Source of the DNA: Ignisphaera sp.
Lineage (GTDB): Archaea; Thermoproteota; Thermoprotei_A; Sulfolobales; Ignisphaeraceae
Direction of reading: 5' to 3'
Assembly: GCA_038820005.1 (NCBI GenBank)
Contig: JAWAXP010000001.1
Coordinates: forward strand, 302,235 to 366,234
Length of the DNA stretch: 64,000 nucleotides
Shown here piece by piece: positions 20,924-31,952 of the stretch; within the stretch, counting starts at the first letter, position 1; each line of letters opens with the position of its first letter. A model generated the notes under the pieces. The model worked only from the letters and a program-made list of their open reading frames with translations. It ran no database searches and was not told the origin of the DNA. The translations under genes and the position numbers were made by a program.

Positions 20924-21769
20924 ATGCGATTTAAGATTATGGAGGTAGAGGTTAAGCACGCTTTATCAAAATCAGGTTTGCCGGATATAGATTATGCTCT
21001 TAATCCATACATAGGTTGTGCTCATGGATGTTTGTATTGCTATGCTAAAGCGTATACTAGATCTAAAGATGTTGTTGATAATTGGGGCAGGTTAGTTGTT
21101 ATAAAGAAGAACATAATCGATGTTTTAAGGAAAGAGGTTAAGGGAAATAAGAGAGGCGTTGTAGGTATCGGGACGATAACGGATCCTTATCAACCGGTTG
21201 AGGCTATTTATAAATTAGCTAGAAGATGTATAGAGATATTAGCTGAAAACAACTTTAGAATTAGCATTCAAACAAAGAGCTCGTTAATTCTTCGGGATCT
21301 AGATCTTCTGAGAACATATAGAAAATTAATTGATGTGGGAATAACTATCACCTCTACTTCGAATTCTTCAACTATTATGAAATTTGAGCCATATTCATCA
21401 CCACCTCAAGCTCGTATAGAGACCTTAAGAAAACTTGCTAAAGAAGGTATAAAGACGTGGGTATTCTATGGACCCATAATCCCGGGATTTAACGACAATA
21501 TAGAAGAGCTAGCAAAAATTCTTAGGATAGCTAAGGATACCAATAGCGATGTGTATATCGATAGATTTAGGGCAAAGAAGTTTATGTGGAGTGATTCTCT
21601 ACTTAGAGATATAGCTAGGAAAAGCATAGAATACGATTGGAGTGAACTATTTAAAATAGCATCTAAGTTATGCAATTCAATAGGCGTTATATGTAAATAT
21701 GGCTTTAACTATTCCAGCGGAAATCAAGGCACAAAACTTGATGTATATCGAAAAAGTTGCAATACTTAA
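20924..21769 (+). CDS. SPL-family radical SAM protein (COG1533)
   Basis: LNPYIGCAHGCLYCYA, TDPYQPVE, IQTKS. Confidence 0.88.
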   Translation: MRFKIMEVEVKHALSKSGLPDIDYALNPYIGCAHGCLYCYAKAYTRSKDVVDNWGRLVVIKKNIIDVLRKEVKGNKRGVVGIGTITDPYQPVEAIYKLARRCIEILAENNFRISIQTKSSLILRDLDLLRTYRKLIDVGITITSTSNSSTIMKFEPYSSPPQARIETLRKLAKEGIKTWVFYGPIIPGFNDNIEELAKILRIAKDTNSDVYIDRFRAKKFMWSDSLLRDIARKSIEYDWSELFKIASKLCNSIGVICKYGFNYSSGNQGTKLDVYRKSCNT

Positions 21770-21833
21770 TTAAATAGTAAAAGTAATTAGTTTGATGTAC
21801 AAAAATTAAAGGATTCGCGTACACTAATCAACT

Positions 21834-24800
21834 CTATGGTTGGTCTATTTTTGGCATTTTTCGGTAGAGCACAATCTTTAACCCTTTTAGTCCAAAGGGT
21901 CTTAGGACGTAATGATCTTTCCACTTCTCGTCCATAGTATAGAATGTTTCTGGCGAAATCCACCATGTATCCTCTTTGTGAAGGGGTCCAAAGGTATTTC
22001 TAAGTGTTCCTACAAGCACTATTTTAATTTCGTTTTCACCTTTTTTAATGAAATTCGATATATCTATCGACGCCGCTGAGGTATATATTATTTTTCCAGC
22101 TTCAACACCATTAACATATATTAAGGCTAGTGCAGCATTTAATTTCTCTATAGATAGCTCAGCTTTATCGAAATCTGTAGATGGTTCAATATGTATTTTA
22201 TTTGTAAGTTCTATTTCACCGCTATAGAATGGATAACCATATCGACATAGATCTAGACTATTTTCTACGCTAACCTCTAGGACCTCTGGTATAATATGTG
22301 ATTCACCGTATGGGGCTTCTTTTACAGCAAAATCCCCAAGTATGTACATAGATTCTATCTCTGGTTCTAACACTACAACACCCTCTACTTCTACAACGTT
22401 TTCCCCAACTTTAATTAACTCAGTTATATTGTATTTTCTGAAGTTCCAATCTATCCATGAACTGCAACTTTTTGAAAGATCTATTTCAACTCCATTAATC
22501 CTTAAGCATCTATACATAGATGGATTTTCAATAACGAGGTAAGTATTTGTCGTTGGTTTAAATTCTGCTATAAACTTAAACCTTAGTTTATACCCTGCTC
22601 CAAAACCCGCTGAAACAAGTTCATCTCTGATTTTTACTAAATGCTTGAAATTGCTCCATATTCCATCATTTAAGGATAGCTGAGCATAATCTAGCACAAG
22701 TATGTTTAGGTCTCTTCTCCTTATTTTGTAGTTACCTTCAGCATAGATTTCACCTATTTTTTCAAAGGCTTCAGTAACCTCGCCCTTAGCAGGGGTACCA
22801 TGTTTTAAAACGAGTAACCTTGATTCAACAGGTTTTAATGCTAGGTAGAGCCATGTTCTTCCACCTTCGATATCTCCACTGTATTTCGTTGCATTGCCCG
22901 TGAATGGATCCCATAACTCGACATCGTAGAAACCTTTTACTCCTATTTTTAGTGTATATTCTTTATCCCTATTGATGTTAACTACGAAAAGGACCTTTGA
23001 ATTACCAACATCTCTCGTATGAACTAATATATTTTCATCTACAGCTTCACCTTCGATTATTACCTCCATATCTATGGTTTTTAATATCTTTACAGCTTCT
23101 TCTTCAGATTGGACTACTATGGCTTTCTTTAGTAGTTCTCTTACCTTAGGTGATTCAGAACCATCTACATACTTTGGGGGCTCGCCGATAAGTATAACTA
23201 TGCCTCCTAAATCAAGGTACTTCTTCAGTAATTCAAGAACTGGGTACGTGATATTGATTATTCTAGGTAGTACAACTATTTTATATCTAGCTCTTCCAAT
23301 GACAAGCTCTTTACCATCAATTCTACCGTAGCGAGCAAGAATTAATTCATCTCCTAATTCAAAGTCTATGTGATTTCTTAACAGAATCTTCAATAATTTA
23401 GAGAATTCTTCATCTACTTTCTTAGCTTTTGATGTATTGAGGGGAGTATATAAACACCATACACTCGTTATAGGGCTTATCACTAAAACCTCAGCGACTC
23501 TAACGCCTTGCGATAGCACATAGCTTAAGCGTGCAAAGTAATCTTCTAAAACCCTATTATATTTCCACCAAGGTTGCCCCCAGTGGAAGTTTAAACCGTA
23601 ATCAGCTTTTCTTCTACCTCTCATAGAGTATGGAACTAGGTGATGTACAAGCATGTTTACTCCTAAAGCATAGAGGAAATCGCCAATCCATTTCCTATCT
23701 TCAAACGATGGATAGTTTCCTAGACAACCGTATGTTTCACACATAACTCTATCTTTACCAAGTTGATTAGCAACACTAGCAACTTGTTTTACTGTGAGAA
23801 GCGAATTCCATATCTGATAACCTAGGTGATCTATACCGGGGATATGCATATACTCGTAGTGAGGCATTGCAGCACCTACAGCAATTTGGGCTAATAAAGT
23901 GTCTTCGGATAATAGATGACCTGTAAACTTAAGTCCATGTTTATCGCACCATTCATACAATTGTTTTGTGAAAGCTTCCAAGAACAGCTGGGTAATAGTT
24001 TTCCAGAAATCATATCTAGTTTTAGCATAATCACCTATATCAAAGAATAACTCGGGCAATTTATCAAGAATATCGTACCCGTTTGTTTTTCTAAAATGCT
24101 CTGGGAAGTTATCCGTCCAAGGAACAGCATATACGTGGAATCTACCTCCTCTAGGAGGCGTCATAAATCTTCTACTAGTTGGAGCCAACCTAAAGTGGTA
24201 GATCCTAGGTTCATCGGTGAAAACACCGGGTATTACATTACCTATGTAGTTCTTAAATCTATCTACATAAGGTTTATACGCTATATCAATAAATTTCTGT
24301 ATAACTTCAAAATTCAAGGTATCAATGTAGGAGAAACCTGAGTACCATACATCGCCTATAGGTGCAGTATACTTTGTAAAGGTTAAGTATAGATAATTAC
24401 TACATGCTTCACCTTTGTTAATTTTTTCGCATTCCGTAGGTAACCCAAATTCGTTGACTCTACATCTAAACATAGCAACAGTATCAACTCCTTCAAAGCA
24501 TTTAGAGTCGATAATCATCAACAGCGCTTTAGCTCTATACTTATCACTAAGTGCAGGTACATAACCTCCCGCAAATCCGGAAGGCCACCTATCTTCGTCG
24601 TAGATCCAAATTGTCATATCTCTGCTGTGAGCCTCTTTAACAGCCACCTCAAACGAATTAAACCATTCTCCGCTGAGAAAAGGTGTAACCAGACCCTCTC
24701 TAGCGTGGAAGAAAGCTCCACCGAAACCAGCTTCATCTAGAATAGCTACTTGTTTTGTAATCTCTTTTTCGCTAAGTACATCATTTATAGACCAAAAAGG

Positions 24801-24851
24801 AATACCCCTAAATGTCTTTGACGGATTCAGGAACAACTTATGATGTATCAT
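21834..24851 (-). CDS. GH106-like (alpha-L-rhamnosidase family) glycoside hydrolase, no signal peptide
   Basis: PFWSIND, GFGGAFFHAREGL, WIYDEDRWPSGFAGG, GVFTDEP, PGIDHL, ETYG; likely start at ATG 24851. Confidence 0.75.
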   Translation of the reverse strand: MIHHKLFLNPSKTFRGIPFWSINDVLSEKEITKQVAILDEAGFGGAFFHAREGLVTPFLSGEWFNSFEVAVKEAHSRDMTIWIYDEDRWPSGFAGGYVPALSDKYRAKALLMIIDSKCFEGVDTVAMFRCRVNEFGLPTECEKINKGEACSNYLYLTFTKYTAPIGDVWYSGFSYIDTLNFEVIQKFIDIAYKPYVDRFKNYIGNVIPGVFTDEPRIYHFRLAPTSRRFMTPPRGGRFHVYAVPWTDNFPEHFRKTNGYDILDKLPELFFDIGDYAKTRYDFWKTITQLFLEAFTKQLYEWCDKHGLKFTGHLLSEDTLLAQIAVGAAMPHYEYMHIPGIDHLGYQIWNSLLTVKQVASVANQLGKDRVMCETYGCLGNYPSFEDRKWIGDFLYALGVNMLVHHLVPYSMRGRRKADYGLNFHWGQPWWKYNRVLEDYFARLSYVLSQGVRVAEVLVISPITSVWCLYTPLNTSKAKKVDEEFSKLLKILLRNHIDFELGDELILARYGRIDGKELVIGRARYKIVVLPRIINITYPVLELLKKYLDLGGIVILIGEPPKYVDGSESPKVRELLKKAIVVQSEEEAVKILKTIDMEVIIEGEAVDENILVHTRDVGNSKVLFVVNINRDKEYTLKIGVKGFYDVELWDPFTGNATKYSGDIEGGRTWLYLALKPVESRLLVLKHGTPAKGEVTEAFEKIGEIYAEGNYKIRRRDLNILVLDYAQLSLNDGIWSNFKHLVKIRDELVSAGFGAGYKLRFKFIAEFKPTTNTYLVIENPSMYRCLRINGVEIDLSKSCSSWIDWNFRKYNITELIKVGENVVEVEGVVVLEPEIESMYILGDFAVKEAPYGESHIIPEVLEVSVENSLDLCRYGYPFYSGEIELTNKIHIEPSTDFDKAELSIEKLNAALALIYVNGVEAGKIIYTSAASIDISNFIKKGENEIKIVLVGTLRNTFGPLHKEDTWWISPETFYTMDEKWKDHYVLRPFGLKGLKIVLYRKMPKIDQP

Positions 24852-25034
24852 ATACTTATCACAGAAAGGTTTTAACACAGGAACAATTAATAAGCTTAAT
24901 ATAACGCCTAGGGCTTTGTGCAAGATCGTAATTATGAAACAATTGTGTTATATTGCTTTTTGTTTTAATAGAGTAATAATGTAAAATTTAGATGTTTTAT
25001 AACTAAAAAATTATATAATTATTTAATTACTTTA

Positions 25035-27218
25035 TTACTTCTTCTTTATAACAAACCAACTTATAGCAAATCCTATGACAAGTGCTACTATTGCTACTAC
25101 GATAGGTGTTGTCCACTCGGTTTCTTTTACTGTTGTCGATATTGTTGTTACTGAGGTTACTGTTATCATGGTAGTAGTTGTAATGGTTTTTACTATTGTT
25201 TCCATTAATTCTGTGCCAGGAACAGTAATTGTCGGTGTTGTTGTGGGTGTTGGCGATGGAGTTGTTGGGGAAGGCCCTGTGACTGTTACTGTAGGAGTAG
25301 GAGCTTCTGGTTTACCTGATTCATAAACAAAGTTTTGGACTTCGATTACTGCTTCCTTCAGCGATTCTCTAAGGAGATCGTATGAGACTAAGGCTCCTCC
25401 ATCTTCTACAGATTTATACCACCATGGAGCTTCAATAGGTTCACCACTTCTTCTTACAAATAGTAGCATAGGCATATCATTATAGAACGTTGGTAACCAC
25501 CACGGTCTCTGTGCGTTTGGCCATCCATCCCAGTACTTGGTATTGTATATCCATGTTAATGGCGAATAATATAGAGGTATTGATGGCAATTCTTCGAATA
25601 TTATTTCCTGGATTTTACCGGCGAGAATTATTTCATCTTCTTTAAACATAGCTCTCCTATACATTTCATCAAATAACGCATTTAGTCTATCATTGTTGTA
25701 GTTACACCATCTAGCCATATTACCCCACGGTGCGTACAATGCATTACCGTACGAGTTTCTGACATGACCATATTCATAGCCTGCTGCGCTCCACATTATC
25801 ACTGAATCAAAGTTGCTATTTCTGAAATTATCCCATAGAACTTTAGATTCTTGAACTTCTAAGTAAACTGTTATGCCTATTTCTTTCAATGCTTGACGTA
25901 TTAAATCAGCAATATTGTTTTCTATTATTGCACCCGCAGGCACTAGCAACTTAAATGAACATTTAGTTCCATCAGGAAGCTCTCTAACGCCATCGCCGTC
26001 TTTATCTATTATACCTGCTTGATCGAGTATTTCTTTTGCTTTTGCAAGGTTTTGTTTTAGTAGGCACTCAGGGGTACCCCAGTATTTTTGACATGCTTCT
26101 CTATTTACGTAATCTTTCCAATAGCCTTCAGCAACAATTCCTAGAATAGGTGCTTGAGGTACTAAGTTATAGAGAGCGTACTTAGTGATATCTTCCCACG
26201 GTAGTGCCCAAGCTATAGCTTTCCTTACTTCAACTCTGTTAAGTACAGGATGATTATGGTTAAAGTATAGCCAATACGCTGCTCCAGGTATAAAGTAGGG
26301 TGGTTTATCGTTCCAGAGTTTTAGTCCTCTCGCTAATAATTCGACGGGGTTAGGGGCAAAAGCTGCCCATGTTAAATCTACGTAACCTTCAATTACAGCG
26401 TTTAATAGCATAGTATTATCTTTAAAGTAATAATGTACTACGAATTTATATGGAGGAACTCCAAAAAGGTCTTTACCCCACCAATTCTCTATAACTTCGT
26501 ATATGACTTGTTCTTCTGATGCATAGTATAGTTTAAGGAATGAAGATACTACTTGCTGTTTTGGATCTTCATTTCGCCATTGAGTAGCCATAGCAGCTCC
26601 ATATTGATCGACAATTGGTTGGTACTGATGTACTGGTATCGGTCTTACGAATACAATACAACCCCAAGGTTCGCTTATCAGCGTGGGTAGCTCTTCTCTT
26701 GGCGGTAATGATTCGCCTGGCGCTCTAGCTAAATAATACTTTATAGTTTTATCGTCGATTTTTTCATAGTTATATGTACACCACTGACCCCAAAGTCCTG
26801 CACCAACTTGTCTACTTAATGCATATCCTTGTATATAGTCGTCAGCTGTTATAGGTCTTCCATCGCTCCACCTAGCTTCATCTCTTATGTGGAATGTTAT
26901 TGTGGCTTCTTCTCCGTTAATCTCTATTCTATCTATAAGGAATAGAAACCACTGAATAAAATAAGTATTTTGAGGCGCATTTGGTGGGTATAGGTATTGC
27001 CATGCACCTCTTTCCATAGCTGAAGAACCTCCTAAGGCGAGTATGTTCCAGTTAAGTACAGGTGATCCAAGGAACCCCATAATCACCGAGTTCTCTCTCG
27101 TTGCTCGTTGTGCAACTACTTGCGCATAATGTATATATACAACTGTTGTCATTAATAGGATTGCTATACAGAATATAACTATAGTGATCCTTAATTTGGA
27201 GGTATTAAAAGGTCCCAT
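25035..27218 (-). CDS. ABC solute-binding protein, family 5 (DppA/OppA), Thr/Pro-rich linker plus C-terminal TM anchor
   Basis: ARWSDGRPITADD, VRKAIAWA, LPSIPLYY, DKDGDGVRELPDG; signal peptide; tail ending KKK. Confidence 0.9.
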   Translation of the reverse strand: MGPFNTSKLRITIVIFCIAILLMTTVVYIHYAQVVAQRATRENSVIMGFLGSPVLNWNILALGGSSAMERGAWQYLYPPNAPQNTYFIQWFLFLIDRIEINGEEATITFHIRDEARWSDGRPITADDYIQGYALSRQVGAGLWGQWCTYNYEKIDDKTIKYYLARAPGESLPPREELPTLISEPWGCIVFVRPIPVHQYQPIVDQYGAAMATQWRNEDPKQQVVSSFLKLYYASEEQVIYEVIENWWGKDLFGVPPYKFVVHYYFKDNTMLLNAVIEGYVDLTWAAFAPNPVELLARGLKLWNDKPPYFIPGAAYWLYFNHNHPVLNRVEVRKAIAWALPWEDITKYALYNLVPQAPILGIVAEGYWKDYVNREACQKYWGTPECLLKQNLAKAKEILDQAGIIDKDGDGVRELPDGTKCSFKLLVPAGAIIENNIADLIRQALKEIGITVYLEVQESKVLWDNFRNSNFDSVIMWSAAGYEYGHVRNSYGNALYAPWGNMARWCNYNNDRLNALFDEMYRRAMFKEDEIILAGKIQEIIFEELPSIPLYYSPLTWIYNTKYWDGWPNAQRPWWLPTFYNDMPMLLFVRRSGEPIEAPWWYKSVEDGGALVSYDLLRESLKEAVIEVQNFVYESGKPEAPTPTVTVTGPSPTTPSPTPTTTPTITVPGTELMETIVKTITTTTMITVTSVTTISTTVKETEWTTPIVVAIVALVIGFAISWFVIKKK

Positions 27219-27264
27219 ACCTGTTCAGCCTCTGTTATAAATAGAATTGGTTGAGTTTAAAAAA

Positions 27265-28728
27265 TTATGTAGAAAATAAATTAAGTAAGCCCTTCATTTT
27301 CTCAATTAAAGCATTCCCTAGTGTTTGCTTGAGAACATATTCGTTTACGTTGCCTCTTTGTAGGGCTAAACCTAGTTCAACTGCTTTATCTAAGGTTAGC
27401 TGTGTTTTTTCGCCTGTTAATGGATCTATGAATTCTACTGGTTTACCAAGCTGATATATGTAGTTGTAGTATTCATCAGTACCTATTTCTTTTTGTGAAT
27501 ATAGTTGAGAAATTTTATTAAGGTACTCTTTAATCATGCTACGTATCGTTGCATTCTCTATTAATAGATCTGCGTAAAGGAATATAACATCGGAGGCATT
27601 ACCTAGTTTCACCTCTAAATCTATTGGTGGAAGATATAGATGGGGATCAGCTTTACGTTTAAATTCCATTCTTGGGCTAGGGTTGTTCAAGCCGAGTACG
27701 GGCATGTGTAACCAACCAGATCTATTGAGAAGCATCCTATCTTGCGCGTCGGTTAACCACCATCTAATAAGTCTATACATACCTTCTACACCCTCGTTGC
27801 TGGCTCCTTTCGCTATAGCTATACCGGAAAGCCATAACCCTGTTCCATTCTTAGGAAACACTATAATCACTTTTTGCGGATCCAAAGAATATGCTCTATA
27901 ACATTCGGGGAACTCTAAATAAGTTAATAGTGCTTTATCTAAAAGTAGTACAGAATCTCTTGCTGATCTAACATTAGGTTCTACTGATGCAATCCCACTA
28001 AATACTGTTGCTATAATGGTCCAGCCTTTTTCCCATCCATACTTTGATAGCATAACCGTAACAGCGTTCTCCATATTACCTCTATCTGTAACAGGTGTTG
28101 ATGCAAATACTGCTATGCCATTCATCATTGCAGGAATCACGTACTCCGGCTTTATTAAGTCATCCCAGCTTTCTGGGATAGGTAGATTATTTCTTTCGGC
28201 ATAATTCTTGTTTACAAGCCAACCGAAGATGTTGTAGTACATGGTGACCCAGCATAGTTTGCCTTCGGCTGTATAGCCTTTGAGAGGATCGGGTATTTGT
28301 TTTGCTACTTCTAGAATTACTGGGTCTTCTATAGGTCTAAAGGCTCCATAAATGCATGCTAAGGTAAAATTATATCTAGGTCCACCCATAAAACCGTTAA
28401 CACTCCCCTCAGTTCCAGCTTTAACCCATTCGTTCAAATTATTTGAGAACACATATACTATATCAGTTATATTCCATATCATAGCCGCAGGAGATTCAAA
28501 TATGCCTGCTCTAGGCATACCGCTTTCAGCAAAGAAGTATCTTTTAAAGTCATCTCGAGCCCATTGACTCCATGCAGTCATAATAGTTAAATTCACAGGT
28601 TTAAGTCCTTTGCTTTCATCAGTAGTTACTTTAACTTCCTGGGGTTTGAAGAAGAATGAGTACGTGGTGTAACCCACGATACCTAAAATAATAACCGTAG
28701 CTACAACGATTAAGAGAGTTCTATTCAT
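27265..28728 (-). CDS. Extracellular solute-binding protein (AfuA/family 1-like), N-terminally anchored
   Basis: N-terminal TM, LPIPESWDDLIKPEY, YGWEKGW, SGIAIAKGA. Confidence 0.65.
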   Translation of the reverse strand: MNRTLLIVVATVIILGIVGYTTYSFFFKPQEVKVTTDESKGLKPVNLTIMTAWSQWARDDFKRYFFAESGMPRAGIFESPAAMIWNITDIVYVFSNNLNEWVKAGTEGSVNGFMGGPRYNFTLACIYGAFRPIEDPVILEVAKQIPDPLKGYTAEGKLCWVTMYYNIFGWLVNKNYAERNNLPIPESWDDLIKPEYVIPAMMNGIAVFASTPVTDRGNMENAVTVMLSKYGWEKGWTIIATVFSGIASVEPNVRSARDSVLLLDKALLTYLEFPECYRAYSLDPQKVIIVFPKNGTGLWLSGIAIAKGASNEGVEGMYRLIRWWLTDAQDRMLLNRSGWLHMPVLGLNNPSPRMEFKRKADPHLYLPPIDLEVKLGNASDVIFLYADLLIENATIRSMIKEYLNKISQLYSQKEIGTDEYYNYIYQLGKPVEFIDPLTGEKTQLTLDKAVELGLALQRGNVNEYVLKQTLGNALIEKMKGLLNLFST

Positions 28729-28981
28729 AGTTTACACCATCTCTAGCAAGCATTATTATCTCTATCGACATTATAAAAGTTTATGGACATCATAAAGCAT
28801 GGCTAGTATTGTTATGAATTTGTGGATTACTTATTTAATAGAGGTTAAACGTTCAATGAACTATAGTGTACACTAAAACGTTAAATATAAAGAAGTAAGT
28901 TAAAGATCGGTACTTTTAAGACCTATACTATGAAGATAAATTGAGCATTTGAAAGAGAATAGCTAATTTACTCTGTGTATT

Positions 28982-29725
28982 TTATGAGCTATAAGATTTG
29001 CACCATATAATGTGCCAAGTGTATATCATAAAGGACACTATTAAGGTGACAGTCCCCGAGATTATCATAAACATTGATACCCACAGATTCCTGATATCGA
29101 CTTTCTCTATATAATATAATGTTTGCTGATTGAATTCTTGAGGACTAAAAGTTATAGAAAGGATCGGGCTGGTCACATTCTCATAACGTAGTCCACGTAC
29201 AGCTATATAATCTATGATCATGTCTTCATTCGACATCAATTCCAATATATACCTACCTTTGCCTAGATAAGATGTTAAAGGCATTTCACCTATCGCGTAC
29301 TTTGACTTGTTAGCGAAGTAGGCAGATCCTACATAAGAATTACTATCTAAGTTTTTGAGGGATGCTACAAGAGATACCGGTGTATTATCTATGTTTTCTC
29401 CTCGAATTTTTATGAATACCATATAGAAACTGGTGTTTATAACCTCAAAAATTGTTGCATTTTCAATAACACCTTTCTTGATACTAGTGTTATAAATTTC
29501 GGCAACTGTTCCTAAATTAAGCCTTACACCACCTGATGGGGATAATACGAGCTCCCCGTAATATTTCCTCGGTATACTTATTGTATAAGATCTGGTTTCC
29601 ATATCTATAACCCCGAAGAACAACATGTAAAGCCAACCACCAATGAACATCAAAATACCTATAACTATAACCACGTATATTAATACGATTTTGCTATCTC
29701 GGCATGTTTTTCTCTTTTTTACCAA
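28982..29725 (-). CDS. Hypothetical two-TM membrane protein with extracellular domain
   Basis: 247-aa ORF, N- and C-terminal hydrophobic helices, several NxS/T sequons, co-oriented with the cluster. Confidence 0.6.
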   Translation of the reverse strand: MVKKRKTCRDSKIVLIYVVIVIGILMFIGGWLYMLFFGVIDMETRSYTISIPRKYYGELVLSPSGGVRLNLGTVAEIYNTSIKKGVIENATIFEVINTSFYMVFIKIRGENIDNTPVSLVASLKNLDSNSYVGSAYFANKSKYAIGEMPLTSYLGKGRYILELMSNEDMIIDYIAVRGLRYENVTSPILSITFSPQEFNQQTLYYIEKVDIRNLWVSMFMIISGTVTLIVSFMIYTWHIIWCKSYSS

Positions 29726-29900
29726 TAGCTCTCACCATACATATATGTTTCATTATTAAACAACTATATTAACAAAGTATTTATTGTTTCTGTATTTATG
29801 TTTCATAACAGCCTTAATTTAGTTTTAGCAACCGATATAATGCTTGAAATAATCACCTAAATTAATTATTTATATTATTTATTATGTATTAGTAGGAACC

Positions 29901-30704
29901 TTATTGCAATACCCATTTCCTATATAATGTTGGAACGCTTTCTAATAGTTTCTTTGTGTATTCATGTTTGGGATTCCTTAGAAGCTCGTCAGGAGATCCT
30001 TCATCTACTATTTTACCTTTGTACATAACGAATATTCTATCTGATACGTAGTAAGCTAATCCGAGATCATGGGTTATGAATATAATCGATGTTTTGTAGT
30101 CGTCTCTCATACGCATAAAGAGCTCTACTATAGCTCCGCGTAGAGAAGCGTCAATCATTGAAACAGGTTCATCTGCTATTATCAGCTTTGGTTTCAACAA
30201 CCAGCACCTGGCAATCATGATCCTTTGTCTTTGCCCCCCTGATAACTGATGAGGATATTTGCCTAAGACCTCTTCCGGTTGAAGACCTACGTAAATTAAT
30301 GCTTCACGTAACAGTTTCTCTCCTTCACTAGAATTAGGTTCCACATTAATCAACTTTATCGCCTGCCTCAGCACTCTATCAATTGTATAAAATGGATTAT
30401 AGCTAGCGTAAGGATCTTGGAAAACTGCATGCACCTTCCTCCAGTATTCTACAACATCTCTATGGTTATTCAAATCCCTCCAAACATCCTTACCCTCAAA
30501 CAATATAGATCCTTCTGTTGGTGGAAGCAACCGTAGAATCATTCTAGCTGTAGTAGTTTTGCCTGAACCAGATTCACCAACAAGTGATACCACTTCTCCT
30601 TCATTTATAACGAAAGACACTTTATCTACAGCTACTATTCTCCTTCTCCTTACAAATCCAACTTCAAAGACTTTAGTTAAATTTTTAGTCTCCAAAAGGG
30701 GCAT
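29901..30704 (-). CDS. Dpp/Opp ABC ATPase (DppF-like)
   Basis: GESGSGKTT, LSGGQRQR, IIADEP, FITHDL. Confidence 0.93.
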   Translation of the reverse strand: MPLLETKNLTKVFEVGFVRRRRIVAVDKVSFVINEGEVVSLVGESGSGKTTTARMILRLLPPTEGSILFEGKDVWRDLNNHRDVVEYWRKVHAVFQDPYASYNPFYTIDRVLRQAIKLINVEPNSSEGEKLLREALIYVGLQPEEVLGKYPHQLSGGQRQRIMIARCWLLKPKLIIADEPVSMIDASLRGAIVELFMRMRDDYKTSIIFITHDLGLAYYVSDRIFVMYKGKIVDEGSPDELLRNPKHEYTKKLLESVPTLYRKWVLQ

Positions 30705-30710
30705 AAGGCA

Positions 30711-31733
30711 TCACCTTTTTACGTAAAGCCAACATGAAACAAATCTATTTGCGTTTACTCGCACCATCGGAGGCTCTTCTTTTCTACAAATATCTAAGGC
30801 ATGGGGGCACCTTGGATGAAACCTGCAACCAGGTGGTGGATTAGAAAGATCTGGCGGGTGTCCCGGTATGTATCGGAGCCCTCTTTTCCTCACTTCTTCT
30901 TCTGGTGTTAAAACAGAATTTATTAAACCATCTGAGTAGGGATGAAGGGGTTTAGATATTAGATCTTCTGTAGGGCCATCCTCAATGATTTTACCTGCAT
31001 ACATAACAACCATTCTTGTTGCTATTTGTCTTACAGTAGCAATATCGTGCGATATGAATATTATGCTTTTTATTATCTCTTTGTCAAATACATCCCTAAA
31101 TGTTTTTAAAACCATTTTCTGTGTAACAACATCTAAAGCCGATGTAGGCTCATCGGCTATCAATATCCTTGGATTAAGCAGCGTGGAAATGGCTATGACA
31201 GCTCTCTGTCTCATTCCCCCAGAAAGCTCGAAGGGGTACATATCAAGAGCTATTTCTGGTAAACCTAATTCCTTAAATCTTTTGCTGGCTAAATCTACAA
31301 CTTTGTCCATATCAATATCATGTAAATGACTTCTAAGAACATCATATATTATACGTTTAATCTTTAGTGTGGGCATCAGAGCATTCAAAGCAGATTGAGG
31401 GACAATTGCTATTTCTTTTCCCCATACAGAACTCTTTAGGTAATTTTTAGTTAGTTTCTCAAGATTTAAAACACCTTGAGAAGTATACAGTTTGATAAAT
31501 CCTTCGACAAATCTTAACGGGGGCTTAATATTCATCATTATAACATTAGCTAATGTTGATTTTCCACAGCCAGATTCGCCAACAATACCAACAACTTCTC
31601 TCTCATAAATCCTTAGAAAAACACCGTCAACGGCTTTAACAACCCTAATTCTAGGGCCTATTACTTGTCTATAGTAAGCTTTAACATCTTCAAGCTCTAG
31701 TAGGGATTTAAGACTCATGTATGTAAACCTCAT
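30711..31733 (-). CDS. Dpp/Opp ABC ATPase (DppD-like)
   Basis: GESGCGKST, LSGGMRQR, PPPGCRFHPRCP tail. Confidence 0.93.
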   Translation of the reverse strand: MRFTYMSLKSLLELEDVKAYYRQVIGPRIRVVKAVDGVFLRIYEREVVGIVGESGCGKSTLANVIMMNIKPPLRFVEGFIKLYTSQGVLNLEKLTKNYLKSSVWGKEIAIVPQSALNALMPTLKIKRIIYDVLRSHLHDIDMDKVVDLASKRFKELGLPEIALDMYPFELSGGMRQRAVIAISTLLNPRILIADEPTSALDVVTQKMVLKTFRDVFDKEIIKSIIFISHDIATVRQIATRMVVMYAGKIIEDGPTEDLISKPLHPYSDGLINSVLTPEEEVRKRGLRYIPGHPPDLSNPPPGCRFHPRCPHALDICRKEEPPMVRVNANRFVSCWLYVKR

Positions 31734-31952
31734 TTAAAAAGACTAAGTATAATTCCTAATCCCAATATTTGCAAGGTTAGACTAATAAATTTATTGTTTA
31801 TTAATACAATATTCTACTTGGTAATGTGATGAATGTAATTACTACGTGTGGAACGTTAAATTAGACAAGGTTTAAAGATTTAGCTAACCTTTAGTAAGAA
31901 TCATCTTGAAAATAACTTTTCAAATAATTAAATAAAAAATTGATCATATTTT

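Noticed and set aside
25075-25326. Val-rich antisense ORFs here and at 33897-34082 and 50086-50427
   Set aside because: Reverse complements of Thr-rich linker codons
24930-29810. Recurring TTATG...CATAA / TGTTTCAT words in intergenic gaps (about 24932, 28781, 29746, 29797) as a possible operator
   Set aside because: Variable spacing and very AT-rich background; needs motif-enrichment statistics I cannot run
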